This document shows positions 29,864-37,725 of a DNA stretch of 64,000 bases, piece by piece. The notes below the pieces were generated by a model. The model saw only the letters and a program-made list of their open reading frames with translations, searched no databases and had not been told where the DNA came from. The DNA comes from an uncultured virus (IMG/VR IMGVR_UViG_3300034071_000958) (Duplodnaviria > Heunggongvirae > Uroviricota > Caudoviricetes): IMG/VR virus record IMGVR_UViG_3300034071_000958; one strand, given 5' to 3'. The position numbers were made by a program, and so were the translations under genes. Numbering within the stretch: the first letter of the stretch is position 1; each line of letters opens with the position of its first letter.

Positions 29864-30646
29864 ATGTCTATACCTGTAATTGGAGTACCTGTTGTTAATA
29901 GTACATTCTGGGTTAGTCGTTTACTCATGAGCATCGACTATCCTGTCGATGAAGTATTCATTGTTAATAATAATGGTCGAGGAGAACTTGATGAAGACTT
30001 GGATAAACTGGCAAGTATCAAGCATAAGTATGTGAAAAAAGTTAAGGTTGCCCACCTTCCTGGCAATCTTGGAGTTGCTGGATCTTGGAACTTGATTATC
30101 AAGTGTTATCTGATGTCCCCCTACTGGATTATCTGCAATGATGACGTATCCTTTGGTCCAGGATTCTTAGAAGAGATGGTGAATACTGTCAATTCTGATG
30201 AAATGATCGGAATGGTTCATGGTAACAAAGGTGACTATGGTGTTGGTAGTTGGGATTTATTCCTGATTAGAGAAAATATCATTAGGGCATTTGGTCTTTT
30301 TGATGAAAATCTATATCCTGCCTATTGTGAAGATGCTGATATGATTATGCGTTTCATGCATCGACCAATTCGTAAAGTTATGGAATTGAATAGTATGTAC
30401 TATCATGGGTTTGGTGAGAAGCAAGAGTATTACACCCATGGAAGTCAAACTAAAAAGAATGATCCATCTCTGAAAGAAAAACTTGAAGCATCTAATGCAA
30501 TGAATATTGATTACCTTACTGAAAAGTGGGGTAAAGATTGGAGGATTTGTGGTCCAACTGAATTGCCATTTGAGGGTAAAGAACAATTTATTTCTGCAAC
30601 AACATTTGATTTGGATTTTGTTCGTAGTAAGCACCTAGGATTCTAA
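29864..30646 (+). CDS. Glycosyltransferase family 2
   Basis: NLGVAGSWN, ICNDDV (DxD-like), GLFDENLYPAYCEDAD. Confidence 0.85.
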   Translation: MSIPVIGVPVVNSTFWVSRLLMSIDYPVDEVFIVNNNGRGELDEDLDKLASIKHKYVKKVKVAHLPGNLGVAGSWNLIIKCYLMSPYWIICNDDVSFGPGFLEEMVNTVNSDEMIGMVHGNKGDYGVGSWDLFLIRENIIRAFGLFDENLYPAYCEDADMIMRFMHRPIRKVMELNSMYYHGFGEKQEYYTHGSQTKKNDPSLKEKLEASNAMNIDYLTEKWGKDWRICGPTELPFEGKEQFISATTFDLDFVRSKHLGF

Positions 30647-30647
30647 T

Positions 30648-31247
30648 ATGAATCAACTATTAAGTGTTAATCCTGAATATAGAAAATCTCAGAGAGTAAT
30701 CATTGTTGATAATTTCTATAGAGATCCAGATGCTGTAAGAAAATTTGCTCTAGAGCAAGATTTCTTTGATGATGCTGGATACATTGGCAGGAGAACTCGT
30801 AAGCAATTTTTCATTCCTGGAACAAAAGAAGCATTTGAAGATCTTCTTGGACAACCAATTATCAAGTGGGAAGACCATGGAATGAATGGTCGCTTTCAGC
30901 ATAATTGGTCTGGGGAAAAACTTGTTTATCACTGCGATGACCAGACTTGGGCTGGTATGGTTTATCTAACACCCGATGCTCCACCACAATGTGGAACTAC
31001 CATGTGGAGGCATAAAGAAACTAAGATTCACCATAATTCTCAAATTGATTGGGCAGCAGGTCAAGGTCTTAAAGTCTTTAATCAAAGAACATTTCTTGAT
31101 AGAACTCCATATGAACCAGTAGATGTTGCAGGAAATGTCTATAACAGATTAGTTCTTTTTAGTGGTGGAAATATTCACTCAGCATCTGAATATTTTGGAG
31201 ACTGCCTTCAAAACTGCCGCTTGTGGCACATGTTCTTTTTTGATTAA
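30648..31247 (+). CDS. 2OG-Fe(II) oxygenase-like protein (DUF6445-like)
   Basis: IVDNFY.DPD.VR, YHCD (HxD), AGMVYLTP..GT, NRLVLF...IHSA..R. Confidence 0.8.
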   Translation: MNQLLSVNPEYRKSQRVIIVDNFYRDPDAVRKFALEQDFFDDAGYIGRRTRKQFFIPGTKEAFEDLLGQPIIKWEDHGMNGRFQHNWSGEKLVYHCDDQTWAGMVYLTPDAPPQCGTTMWRHKETKIHHNSQIDWAAGQGLKVFNQRTFLDRTPYEPVDVAGNVYNRLVLFSGGNIHSASEYFGDCLQNCRLWHMFFFD

Positions 31248-31274
31248 ATACTTATACAAAAATTATAAAGAAAT

Positions 31275-31511
31275 ATGAACTTTACAATCTATTCAAAACC
31301 AGGTTGTCCATATTGTGACAAAATTAAAAGCGTAATGAAGTTGACAAAGATGACACATGTGGTGTATACTCTTGACAAGGACTTTACCGCAGAGGAATTT
31401 TACTCCGAGTTTGGTGAGGGGAGTACATTTCCCCAAATTGTTGTTGATGATAAAAAATTAGGAGGATGTACTGATACAGTTAAGTTTTTACAAGAGCAAA
31501 AAATTGTTTGA
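31275..31511 (+). CDS. nrdC: Glutaredoxin
   Basis: CPYC, TFPQI, GGCTD. Confidence 0.92.
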   Translation: MNFTIYSKPGCPYCDKIKSVMKLTKMTHVVYTLDKDFTAEEFYSEFGEGSTFPQIVVDDKKLGGCTDTVKFLQEQKIV

Positions 31512-31684
31512 TGGCGGACATAAATAAAGACATCCACATTAATCGTGGAGTTGAATTTATTCTTAATGGAGGAAAAAGAAAGCAACCCAAAGATTTTCAT
31601 ATTATATTCGAGAAGTTGGTTTGCTTTCTGAGACGGGAAGTAACCATCTACTTTGAGTTTTCCATTAAAGTAAGGAAAAAGTAG
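31511..31684 (+). CDS. Small hypothetical protein (57 aa; not in ORF track)
   Basis: TGATG coupling; MADINKDIHINRGVEFILNGGKRKQPKDFHIIFEKLVCFLRREVTIYFEFSIKVRKK. Confidence 0.65.
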   Translation: MADINKDIHINRGVEFILNGGKRKQPKDFHIIFEKLVCFLRREVTIYFEFSIKVRKK

Positions 31685-31706
31685 TAGTTCCCGAGGGAGA
31701 AAAACT

Positions 31707-31934
31707 ATGTTAGCAACTAGTTTAGTTTTCGGTTCTTTTTTAACCGTATTATTTTTTATAGTTGGAATAATGGGAGGATGGGTTGCAAGAGAATATATGA
31801 TGAACTATCGGGAAATTCCACGACCTCACCCCGAAATGTTTGATGGACAAGGAAATCTAATTCCAGATGAGGTGATTGCATTTAACTTTGAGAACTATCA
31901 TGACTACGAAGACAACGGCGACGAAGAAGACTGA
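31707..31934 (+). CDS. Small membrane protein
   Basis: N-terminal TM helix, HPEMFD.QGNLIPDE motif, acidic tail; RBS GAGGGAG. Confidence 0.75.
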   Translation: MLATSLVFGSFLTVLFFIVGIMGGWVAREYMMNYREIPRPHPEMFDGQGNLIPDEVIAFNFENYHDYEDNGDEED

Positions 31935-32499
31935 ATCAAAATTTACGGTTAAGAAGGAATCTCCTATTCCCGATCTTCCTTCAAATCCATTTATTTTTGA
32001 GATTTTAAGTCTTGCATGTAAGCAAAAAAGTACAGCAAAAAAGGTAGAAGTACTTCAAAAGTATTCTCATCCTGCTCTGAAGACTCTTTTTATTTGGAAC
32101 TTTGATGAGACGGTTGTTTCTATTCTTCCCCCAGGAGATGTACCTTATGCAGGTACTGATGAACAAACTTCATTCAGCGGAACTCTGTCTGGAAAGATTA
32201 CAGATGCTGTTTCTAAGATGGGTGAGTTGGGAAGTAGTTCTTTAGGTTCTCAGGACCAGGGACGCTCATCAATTCGTAAGGAATATAATAAGTTTTATAA
32301 TTTTGTAAAGGGTGGTAACGATGGATTGAGTTCTCTTCGTAGAGAAACAATGTTTATTAACATTCTTCAAGGTCTTCATCCTCTTGAAGCAGAAATTGTT
32401 ATTCTTACTAAGGATAAAAAACTGACAGACAAATACAAACTCACCAGGGAAGTAGTTTCACAAGCTTATCCTGATATTAAGTGGGGAGGTCGTTCGTGA
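31900..32499 (+). CDS. Cyanomyophage-type hypothetical protein
   Basis: LPPGDVPY, RRETMFINILQGLHPLEAE, AYPDIKWGGR. ATG at 31900. Confidence 0.75.
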   Translation: MTTKTTATKKTESKFTVKKESPIPDLPSNPFIFEILSLACKQKSTAKKVEVLQKYSHPALKTLFIWNFDETVVSILPPGDVPYAGTDEQTSFSGTLSGKITDAVSKMGELGSSSLGSQDQGRSSIRKEYNKFYNFVKGGNDGLSSLRRETMFINILQGLHPLEAEIVILTKDKKLTDKYKLTREVVSQAYPDIKWGGRS

Positions 32500-32849
32500 G
32501 TCAGGTTCGTGATGTAGTTGAAGAAACCCACAATACGGAAAAGCATATGGACTATTGGACACCAGCAGAAAAAGAAACCTGTAAGTCACGCTATGGTTGT
32601 GATATTTTAATTGAAAATGGTTCATATGCTGATGTCTGTACTAAAGAAGCACCGAATGATGCTTACATCGTAAAGTATATTGTTGATGAGGAAATTTGTT
32701 TTGATTTAACTAGAGGATCACGAATTCGTTTGTTTGATATGTACTGGGACAAGTTTCGTGAAAATCTAAAGAGTATTGACTTTGGGTATGGAAGAATCAA
32801 TCCAAAGTTATGGGGTTATCAAGCACCCAAAACCAAAAAGCGAAAGTGA
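32496..32849 (+). CDS. Hypothetical protein
   Basis: GTGA overlap with upstream stop; FDMYWD..G.INPKLWGY. Confidence 0.7.
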   Translation: MSQVRDVVEETHNTEKHMDYWTPAEKETCKSRYGCDILIENGSYADVCTKEAPNDAYIVKYIVDEEICFDLTRGSRIRLFDMYWDKFRENLKSIDFGYGRINPKLWGYQAPKTKKRK

Positions 32850-32945
32850 TTTTCTTTTTGGGGTAAAAAATTTCCGCCAAAATTTTTCTTGCGCGAAGGT
32901 TTTCATAAATCTTCACGCCTTTTAGTATAATAGAGATACATTTTT

Positions 32946-32959
32946 GTATCTATTGTTAC
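32946..32959. promoter_or_regulatory. Putative NtcA-binding site
   Basis: GTAtctattgtTAC = GTA-N8-TAC, centred about 60 nt upstream of the predicted transcription start. Confidence 0.55.
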
Positions 32960-32975
32960 TATTTCAAAATAAAAC

Positions 32976-33005
32976 TTGACTATATAGTGTGAATAGGGGT
33001 ATAAT
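32976..33005 (+). promoter_or_regulatory. Sigma70-type promoter
   Basis: TTGACT(32976)-18-TATAAT(33000); predicted start about 33012, just before the first aptamer. Confidence 0.7.
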
Positions 33006-33015
33006 AATCCCCTAA

Positions 33016-33266
33016 CGTTCATCCTATGACTAAAGCACTTTTGCTTTTAGCATGGGTTCCACTTCTTTCTATTTCTACGCCTCAACTTGCCAAATCTAAT
33101 CAAGTGACTATAAGTTGCGACGCAGCGTGGGAACTAATGGACATCGTTAAAAACGACGATGTAGTAGACCAAAGAAAAGAAGACCGATTGCTATCAGAAC
33201 TCCGAAAGGACGTTATAAGACTTAAGTGCTAAACTGAATAGGACGGAAGTAAGCCGACTCGGAACG
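33016..33266 (+). ncRNA. glnA-class (glutamine riboswitch)-like aptamer 1 with ORF-containing P2 loop
   Basis: P1 CGTTC(33016)/GAACG(33262); P2 TCCTAT(33022)/ATAGGA(33238); junction CGGAAGTAAG. Confidence 0.65.
33026..33232 (+). CDS. Small two-Cys protein with signal-peptide-like N-terminus, nested in aptamer 1
   Basis: MTKALLLLAWVPLL...SCDAAWELM...ELRKDVIRLKC. Confidence 0.7.
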   Translation: MTKALLLLAWVPLLSISTPQLAKSNQVTISCDAAWELMDIVKNDDVVDQRKEDRLLSELRKDVIRLKC

Positions 33267-33269
33267 GAT

Positions 33270-33438
33270 CGTTCATCTATGGAAACAATTCTCTGGACTT
33301 GCATTGAGGCTCAAAGACTTATTAGTAATGTAAAACTAAAAATGGATGAGCCTGCAAGATCTGAACTTATTCAGATCTTTAAAGAAGGATCTCCAAGAAC
33401 TTGTAAATTCATAGACGCAAAAGCCGACTGAAGGAACG
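33270..33438 (+). ncRNA. glnA-class-like aptamer 2 with ORF-containing P2 loop
   Basis: P1 CGTTC(33270)/GAACG(33434); P2 TCTATG(33276)/CATAGA(33410); 3' segment CGCAAAAGCCGACTGAAGGAACG. Confidence 0.65.
33279..33431 (+). CDS. Small two-Cys protein (50 aa; not in ORF track), nested in aptamer 2
   Basis: METILWTCIEAQRLISNVKLKMDEPARSELIQIFKEGSPRTCKFIDAKAD. Confidence 0.7.
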   Translation: METILWTCIEAQRLISNVKLKMDEPARSELIQIFKEGSPRTCKFIDAKAD

Positions 33439-33470
33439 CTCTTTAGCCTCAAAATTAAGGAGAAAACCTA

Positions 33471-33635
33471 ATGTCTAAAGTCGTATATCGTGGTGTCGAA
33501 TATGATACCGCAGAACGTCCAAATCAAACGTTTAAAATTGAACCCCACGTAGAAATTTATCGTGGTACTATGTTTTACGTTGATGAAAATGGAAACAAAC
33601 TCTCTATGTCTAAAACTAAGGGAGGTGCAAAATGA
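33471..33635 (+). CDS. DUF4278-like small protein (two YRG motifs; 54 aa; not in ORF track)
   Basis: MSKVVYRGVEYDT...EIYRGTMFY...; RBS AAGGAG. Confidence 0.8.
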   Translation: MSKVVYRGVEYDTAERPNQTFKIEPHVEIYRGTMFYVDENGNKLSMSKTKGGAK

Positions 33636-33733
33636 ACACTTACTTCGTTCGCTATCTCAAACTCAAAGCAAAAAAGGAAAAACTCCTTCATAACGCACAA
33701 CTGAATATGGCGAAGCAACCACAAGTTGCTTGA
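33632..33733 (+). CDS. Small basic protein (33 aa; not in ORF track)
   Basis: RBS GGAGG, ATGA coupling; MNTYFVRYLKLKAKKEKLLHNAQLNMAKQPQVA. Confidence 0.65.
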   Translation: MNTYFVRYLKLKAKKEKLLHNAQLNMAKQPQVA

Positions 33734-33736
33734 AGT

Positions 33737-33774
33737 AAAGGAGGGTTGATTCCCTCCTTTTTTTATGTTAAAAT
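33737..33774 (+). terminator. Terminator overlapping a sigma70-type promoter
   Basis: AAAGGAGGG-ttgatt-CCCTCCTTT plus T run; TTGATT(33746)-17-TAAAAT(33769) with TG extension. Confidence 0.8.
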
Positions 33775-33795
33775 ATTGAAAGAGAATAGTATCTT

Positions 33796-33969
33796 ATGGA
33801 TAAAGACAAACTAAAACTTATTGTCCGTAATCTAGAACTCTTGGTTGATTCTCTGAAAGCAGAAGTTTATTCTGATGTATCTGCATATTCTTATACAAAT
33901 CCAGAAGTCAGAAAAAGACCAATGTTAGATTACGACGAAATTTTTGAGGATTCTGATTTAGATGACTAA
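33796..33969 (+). CDS. Small hypothetical protein (57 aa; not in ORF track)
   Basis: MDKDKLKLIVRNLELLVDSLKAEVYSDVSAY...DYDEIFEDSDLDD. Confidence 0.75.
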   Translation: MDKDKLKLIVRNLELLVDSLKAEVYSDVSAYSYTNPEVRKRPMLDYDEIFEDSDLDD

Positions 33970-34129
33970 TAGGGCAAGAAAAATGATGAAATTGCTCCGT
34001 AGATTGATTAAACAAGAGCATTTATATTCTGCTGAGCAATTGATTGAAATGAAATCACAATTAAGGATTCTGGAAGAAGAACTTTCAGAACTCGAAGCAA
34101 AAACATCAAAAGGATTTGGAAAGAAATGA
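33962..34129 (+). CDS. Small coiled-coil protein ending KGFG (55 aa; not in ORF track)
   Basis: MTNRARKMMKLLRRLIKQEHLYSAEQL...TSKGFGKK; ATGA overlap with thyX. Confidence 0.7.
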   Translation: MTNRARKMMKLLRRLIKQEHLYSAEQLIEMKSQLRILEEELSELEAKTSKGFGKK

Positions 34130-34764
34130 CAGTAAAACTCATTAGCGTGACCCCAGATGCAGAAAAAACAATGGCATATGTTGCTAGAGTTAGCAACCCT
34201 GCGAATCAAGACAACGAAAACTATGCCAAGTTGCTTGCTTATTGCATTAAGCATAATCATTGGTCTGTTTTTGAGCAGTCTTTTATGACTCTTGAGATCG
34301 AAACAAATCGTGGTATCGCAGCTCAAATTTTGAGGCACCGTTCTTTCACATATCAAGAATTTTCGCAGCGTTATGCAGATTCTTCTTTGTTGAGCGATTA
34401 TATTCCTGTACCTGAACTTCGTCGTCAAGATACCAAGAATCGTCAGAACTCTATTGACGACATTTCTGAGTATGAGAAACTGACTCTACAGAGTAAGATT
34501 CAAGACCATTTTGCACACTCTATGCAACTCTATAAGGAACTTCTTGCTCATGGAGTAGCAAAGGAGTGTGCAAGGTTTGTACTGCCCTTAGCGACGCCTA
34601 CACGCATTTATATGTCGGGATCATGCAGGTCATGGATTCATTATATCAATCTTCGTTCTGCAAATGGAACTCAGAAAGAACACATGGATATTGCTCTTGA
34701 GTGTAAGAAAATATTTACCGAACAATTTCCATCAGTCTCAGAAGCGTTAGAGTGGAATAAATAA
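34126..34764 (+). CDS. thyX: FAD-dependent thymidylate synthase
   Basis: HWSVFE, QILRHRSFTYQEFSQRY (RHRX7S), KECARFVLP. Confidence 0.97.
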   Translation: MTVKLISVTPDAEKTMAYVARVSNPANQDNENYAKLLAYCIKHNHWSVFEQSFMTLEIETNRGIAAQILRHRSFTYQEFSQRYADSSLLSDYIPVPELRRQDTKNRQNSIDDISEYEKLTLQSKIQDHFAHSMQLYKELLAHGVAKECARFVLPLATPTRIYMSGSCRSWIHYINLRSANGTQKEHMDIALECKKIFTEQFPSVSEALEWNK

Positions 34765-34786
34765 TTTTACTCTTAAATGTTCAAAG

Positions 34787-35161
34787 ATGTCTGTCAAATA
34801 TTCTTGGAAAATTCATGCATTGAATTATAATACTGCAGGATTATCTGGTGCAGTTAGTTCTGTAGAATGGATTTACACTGCTACAGAAAAAGTGAATGAA
34901 ACTACTTTTACTGCTGATGAAAGAGGTACTCTAGAATTGCCTTCAGCTGCTGAAGATGATTTTACTGAGTATTCTGATTTAACTGAGGAACAAATTATTT
35001 CTTGGGTTGAGACTTTAATTGGGGAAGAAGAGATTGCGAATAAGCAATTCAGATTATCTTCTATAATTGATGCTCAAAAATCAGCATCAACAACCGAAAA
35101 GTATGATACTTTACCTTGGGAATCTCAAGAAGTTGTTGATGTGGAAACAGTAGAAGAGTAA
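34787..35161 (+). CDS. Acidic hypothetical protein with own late promoter
   Basis: FTEYSDLTEEQIISWVE..LPW; ATAAATA at 34757. Confidence 0.7.
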   Translation: MSVKYSWKIHALNYNTAGLSGAVSSVEWIYTATEKVNETTFTADERGTLELPSAAEDDFTEYSDLTEEQIISWVETLIGEEEIANKQFRLSSIIDAQKSASTTEKYDTLPWESQEVVDVETVEE

Positions 35162-35201
35162 AACTTTCATTCTAAATAAATTATCTTGATTTCGTAACTT
35201 T

Positions 35202-35450
35202 ATGGCGACTTATCCTGTTATTAACAAAACCACTGGCGAACAGAAAGAAGTGGAAATGAGTATCCACGCCTGGGACCAGTGGAAAAAAGATAATCCAGAT
35301 TGGGACAGAGATTGGTCTGACCCATCAACTTGTCCTGGCGCTGGAGAAGTTGGTGAGTGGAGGGACAAACTTATCAATCGCAATCCTGGATGGAATGATG
35401 TGCTTGCAAAAGCAGCAAAAGCTCCTGGTTCTACTGTAAAGAAACTCTAA
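35202..35450 (+). CDS. Cyanomyophage-type hypothetical protein
   Basis: MATYPVINKTTGEQKEV...GWNDVL.K..KAPGS. Confidence 0.8.
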   Translation: MATYPVINKTTGEQKEVEMSIHAWDQWKKDNPDWDRDWSDPSTCPGAGEVGEWRDKLINRNPGWNDVLAKAAKAPGSTVKKL

Positions 35451-36208
35451 TGGCAAGAAGAAAAAGAGGCAATGACATCCAACCTATTGGTGTTGGTTTG
35501 ACTGCAAAGCAAATGAAGAGGAGAAAGCCTCTAAGTTCTGATTACTTGGTCGATATTGAACCAATTACAGATAATCAGAAAAAGTTTTTTGATTCCTATC
35601 AAGATGAAAAGCATTTAGTTGCTTATGGATGTGCTGGAACTGGTAAAACTTTTATTACTCTTTATAATGCTTTAATGGATGTTCTTGATGAAAGAACCCC
35701 TTATGAAAAAGTTTATATCGTTCGTTCTCTTGTAGCAACTCGTGAGATTGGATTCCTTCCTGGATCTCATGAAGATAAAGCAGACATTTACCAGATTCCT
35801 TATAAGAATATGGTGAAGTATATGTTCCAGATGCCTTCTGATGCTGACTTTGAAATGCTCTATGGCAATTTGAAGTCACAAGAAACTATTAAGTTCTGGA
35901 GCACTTCATTCCTCCGTGGAACAACTCTTGATAATGCTATCGTCATTGTTGATGAATTCCAAAATCTAAACTTCCACGAACTCGATTCTATTATTACTCG
36001 TGTGGGTGAAAATACCAAAATTTGTTTCTGTGGTGATGCTACTCAATCAGACTTGCAAAAAACAAATGAACGTAATGGTATTGTAGATTTTATGAACATC
36101 TTGCGTAAAATGCCTTCTTTTGATATAATTGAATTTGGTGTAGAAGATATTGTTCGTTCTGGACTTGTTAAAGAATACATCATCGCAAAAATGGAAGCAG
36201 GTATGTAA
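35450..36208 (+). CDS. phoH: PhoH family ATPase
   Basis: GCAGTGKT, IGFLPG, RGTTL, IVDEFQN, GDATQSD, DIVRSGLV. Confidence 0.96.
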   Translation: MARRKRGNDIQPIGVGLTAKQMKRRKPLSSDYLVDIEPITDNQKKFFDSYQDEKHLVAYGCAGTGKTFITLYNALMDVLDERTPYEKVYIVRSLVATREIGFLPGSHEDKADIYQIPYKNMVKYMFQMPSDADFEMLYGNLKSQETIKFWSTSFLRGTTLDNAIVIVDEFQNLNFHELDSIITRVGENTKICFCGDATQSDLQKTNERNGIVDFMNILRKMPSFDIIEFGVEDIVRSGLVKEYIIAKMEAGM

Positions 36209-36888
36209 TGTTCAAACATGTTGATGTGACGCTCCCTGAACTTGAAAGGGAGACTATAGATGGTGTTCGTTATTATAAAGTTCCTGACGAAGAAGAACTT
36301 GTACGACTGGTCTCCATCACTTCGGTGACCAGTCATTTTAATAAAGAAATCTTTATTAAGTGGCGTAAAAAAGTTGGTGAAGAAGAAGCAGAGCGTGTCA
36401 CAAAAGCGGCAACAAGTCGTGGAACTGATATGCACCTTCTTGTGGAACATCATCTCAAAAATGAAGAACTACCAGAAGTTCAACCAATCTCTGATTTTCT
36501 TTTTAAGATTGCAAAAACTGATTTAAATCGTATAAATAATATTTACGCCCTTGAAGGGTCCCTATATAGTAAGCAACTAGGCATTGCTGGGACAGTTGAT
36601 TGTATTGCCGAATATGACGGCGAGTTAGCGATAATCGACTTTAAGACTTCTAAAAAACCAAAACCACGCGAGTGGATTGAACATTATTTTGTTCAGTGTA
36701 TGGCATATGGTTGTATGCTCTACGAACTGACTGGTATTTCAGTCAAAAAACTTGTAATCATTATGGCTTGTGAAAATGGAGAATGCGTCGTCTATGAAGA
36801 ACGAGACAAATCAAAATACATCAAACTTCTCACAGAATACATTAGAAAGTTTGTTAGAGATAAACTGGAACTCTATGGAACCAAATAA
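36208..36888 (+). CDS. PD-(D/E)XK exonuclease (Cas4-like fold)
   Basis: SITSV, RGTDMH, AGTVDCI..IIDFKTS, Q..AY. Confidence 0.9.
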   Translation: MFKHVDVTLPELERETIDGVRYYKVPDEEELVRLVSITSVTSHFNKEIFIKWRKKVGEEEAERVTKAATSRGTDMHLLVEHHLKNEELPEVQPISDFLFKIAKTDLNRINNIYALEGSLYSKQLGIAGTVDCIAEYDGELAIIDFKTSKKPKPREWIEHYFVQCMAYGCMLYELTGISVKKLVIIMACENGECVVYEERDKSKYIKLLTEYIRKFVRDKLELYGTK

Positions 36889-37135
36889 AGAATTAGAACA
36901 GGCAATAGAAAGTAAATTTTTAACCCCTTCCAAGTTTGCTCTTGAGATTGAGAAAATTGTTGCTGAAGAAAATCTGAATTATATTGATGCTATTTGTCAC
37001 TATTGCGAAGTCAATAGTCTTGAGGTAGAATCAGTTACGAAACTCATTTCAAAACCTTTAAAAGAAAGACTCAAGTGGGATGCCACTCGTCTTAACTTTA
37101 TGAAGAAAACATCAAGAGCAAGATTGCCTTTATGA
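36875..37135 (+). CDS. gp33: Late-promoter transcription co-activator
   Basis: FALEIEKIV..YIDAI..LISKPLKERLK.DA..LNF; ATG at 36875; upstream of gp59 as in T4-likes. Confidence 0.88.
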   Translation: MEPNKELEQAIESKFLTPSKFALEIEKIVAEENLNYIDAICHYCEVNSLEVESVTKLISKPLKERLKWDATRLNFMKKTSRARLPL

Positions 37136-37725
37136 TCGTGACACCCTTTGAAACTTATCAACATTATTTGTCACTTAAAAATCATTTCACAAACCCAAAA
37201 TACGATTTCTTTAAATATGGTGCGAAGACCCGTGCCAGTATGACATCCTTCAACAAACGCAAGGACAAATACTGGTTCGAGAAGACAAGTCGCAAATATT
37301 CTGATAAAGAAGTCGTAGATTTCTTAGTATCAAACTTTGTAGAAGCAGACAACCCGAGTAATTTATGGATTGGTTCTTTAATAAACGAAGGAGAAAGAAC
37401 ATATCAAGAATGGATGAGACGACAGCAGAGTTTGACTTACTTGTTCAAAGAGCAAAGCAACGAATTGTTCTCGGAAACAAAATTAGAGGATGCGTTGAAT
37501 TGTTCCAAAGGACATCCACCCGTTCTAAAAAAATTCCTGAGCGGGAAGATTAGCCTTGAAACACTGGTCATATATGATAAAATATTCCTGTTCGGGAAGA
37601 CGTTTGATGAAAAACTTTTGGACCCAGTGTGGGAGTGTGTTTCTCTTAAAATTAAAAAATATTCACCATTTCTTCAAATAGATATTTTTAACTATAAAAA
37701 AATTCTTAGAGAAATAATTTCATAG
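37132..37725 (+). CDS. gp59: Helicase loader
   Basis: YLSLKNHF..YDFFKY..FNKRKDKYWFEK..ISLETL. Confidence 0.9.
   Translation: MIVTPFETYQHYLSLKNHFTNPKYDFFKYGAKTRASMTSFNKRKDKYWFEKTSRKYSDKEVVDFLVSNFVEADNPSNLWIGSLINEGERTYQEWMRRQQSLTYLFKEQSNELFSETKLEDALNCSKGHPPVLKKFLSGKISLETLVIYDKIFLFGKTFDEKLLDPVWECVSLKIKKYSPFLQIDIFNYKKILREIIS

Noticed and set aside
32865..32918. AAAAAATTT-ccgcc-AAAATTTTT and a weak GCGCGAAG/CTTCACGC hairpin
   Set aside because: Imperfect, low-complexity pairing with a single copy in the window; not enough support for a function.
32925..32939. Second NtcA box
   Set aside because: Spacing is GTA-N9-TAC, not N8; only 32946-32959 was kept.
36208..36888. CRISPR-Cas (Cas4-like nuclease)
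   Set aside because: Standard T4-like cyanophage exonuclease in its usual phoH-gp33 context; no repeat-spacer array in the window.
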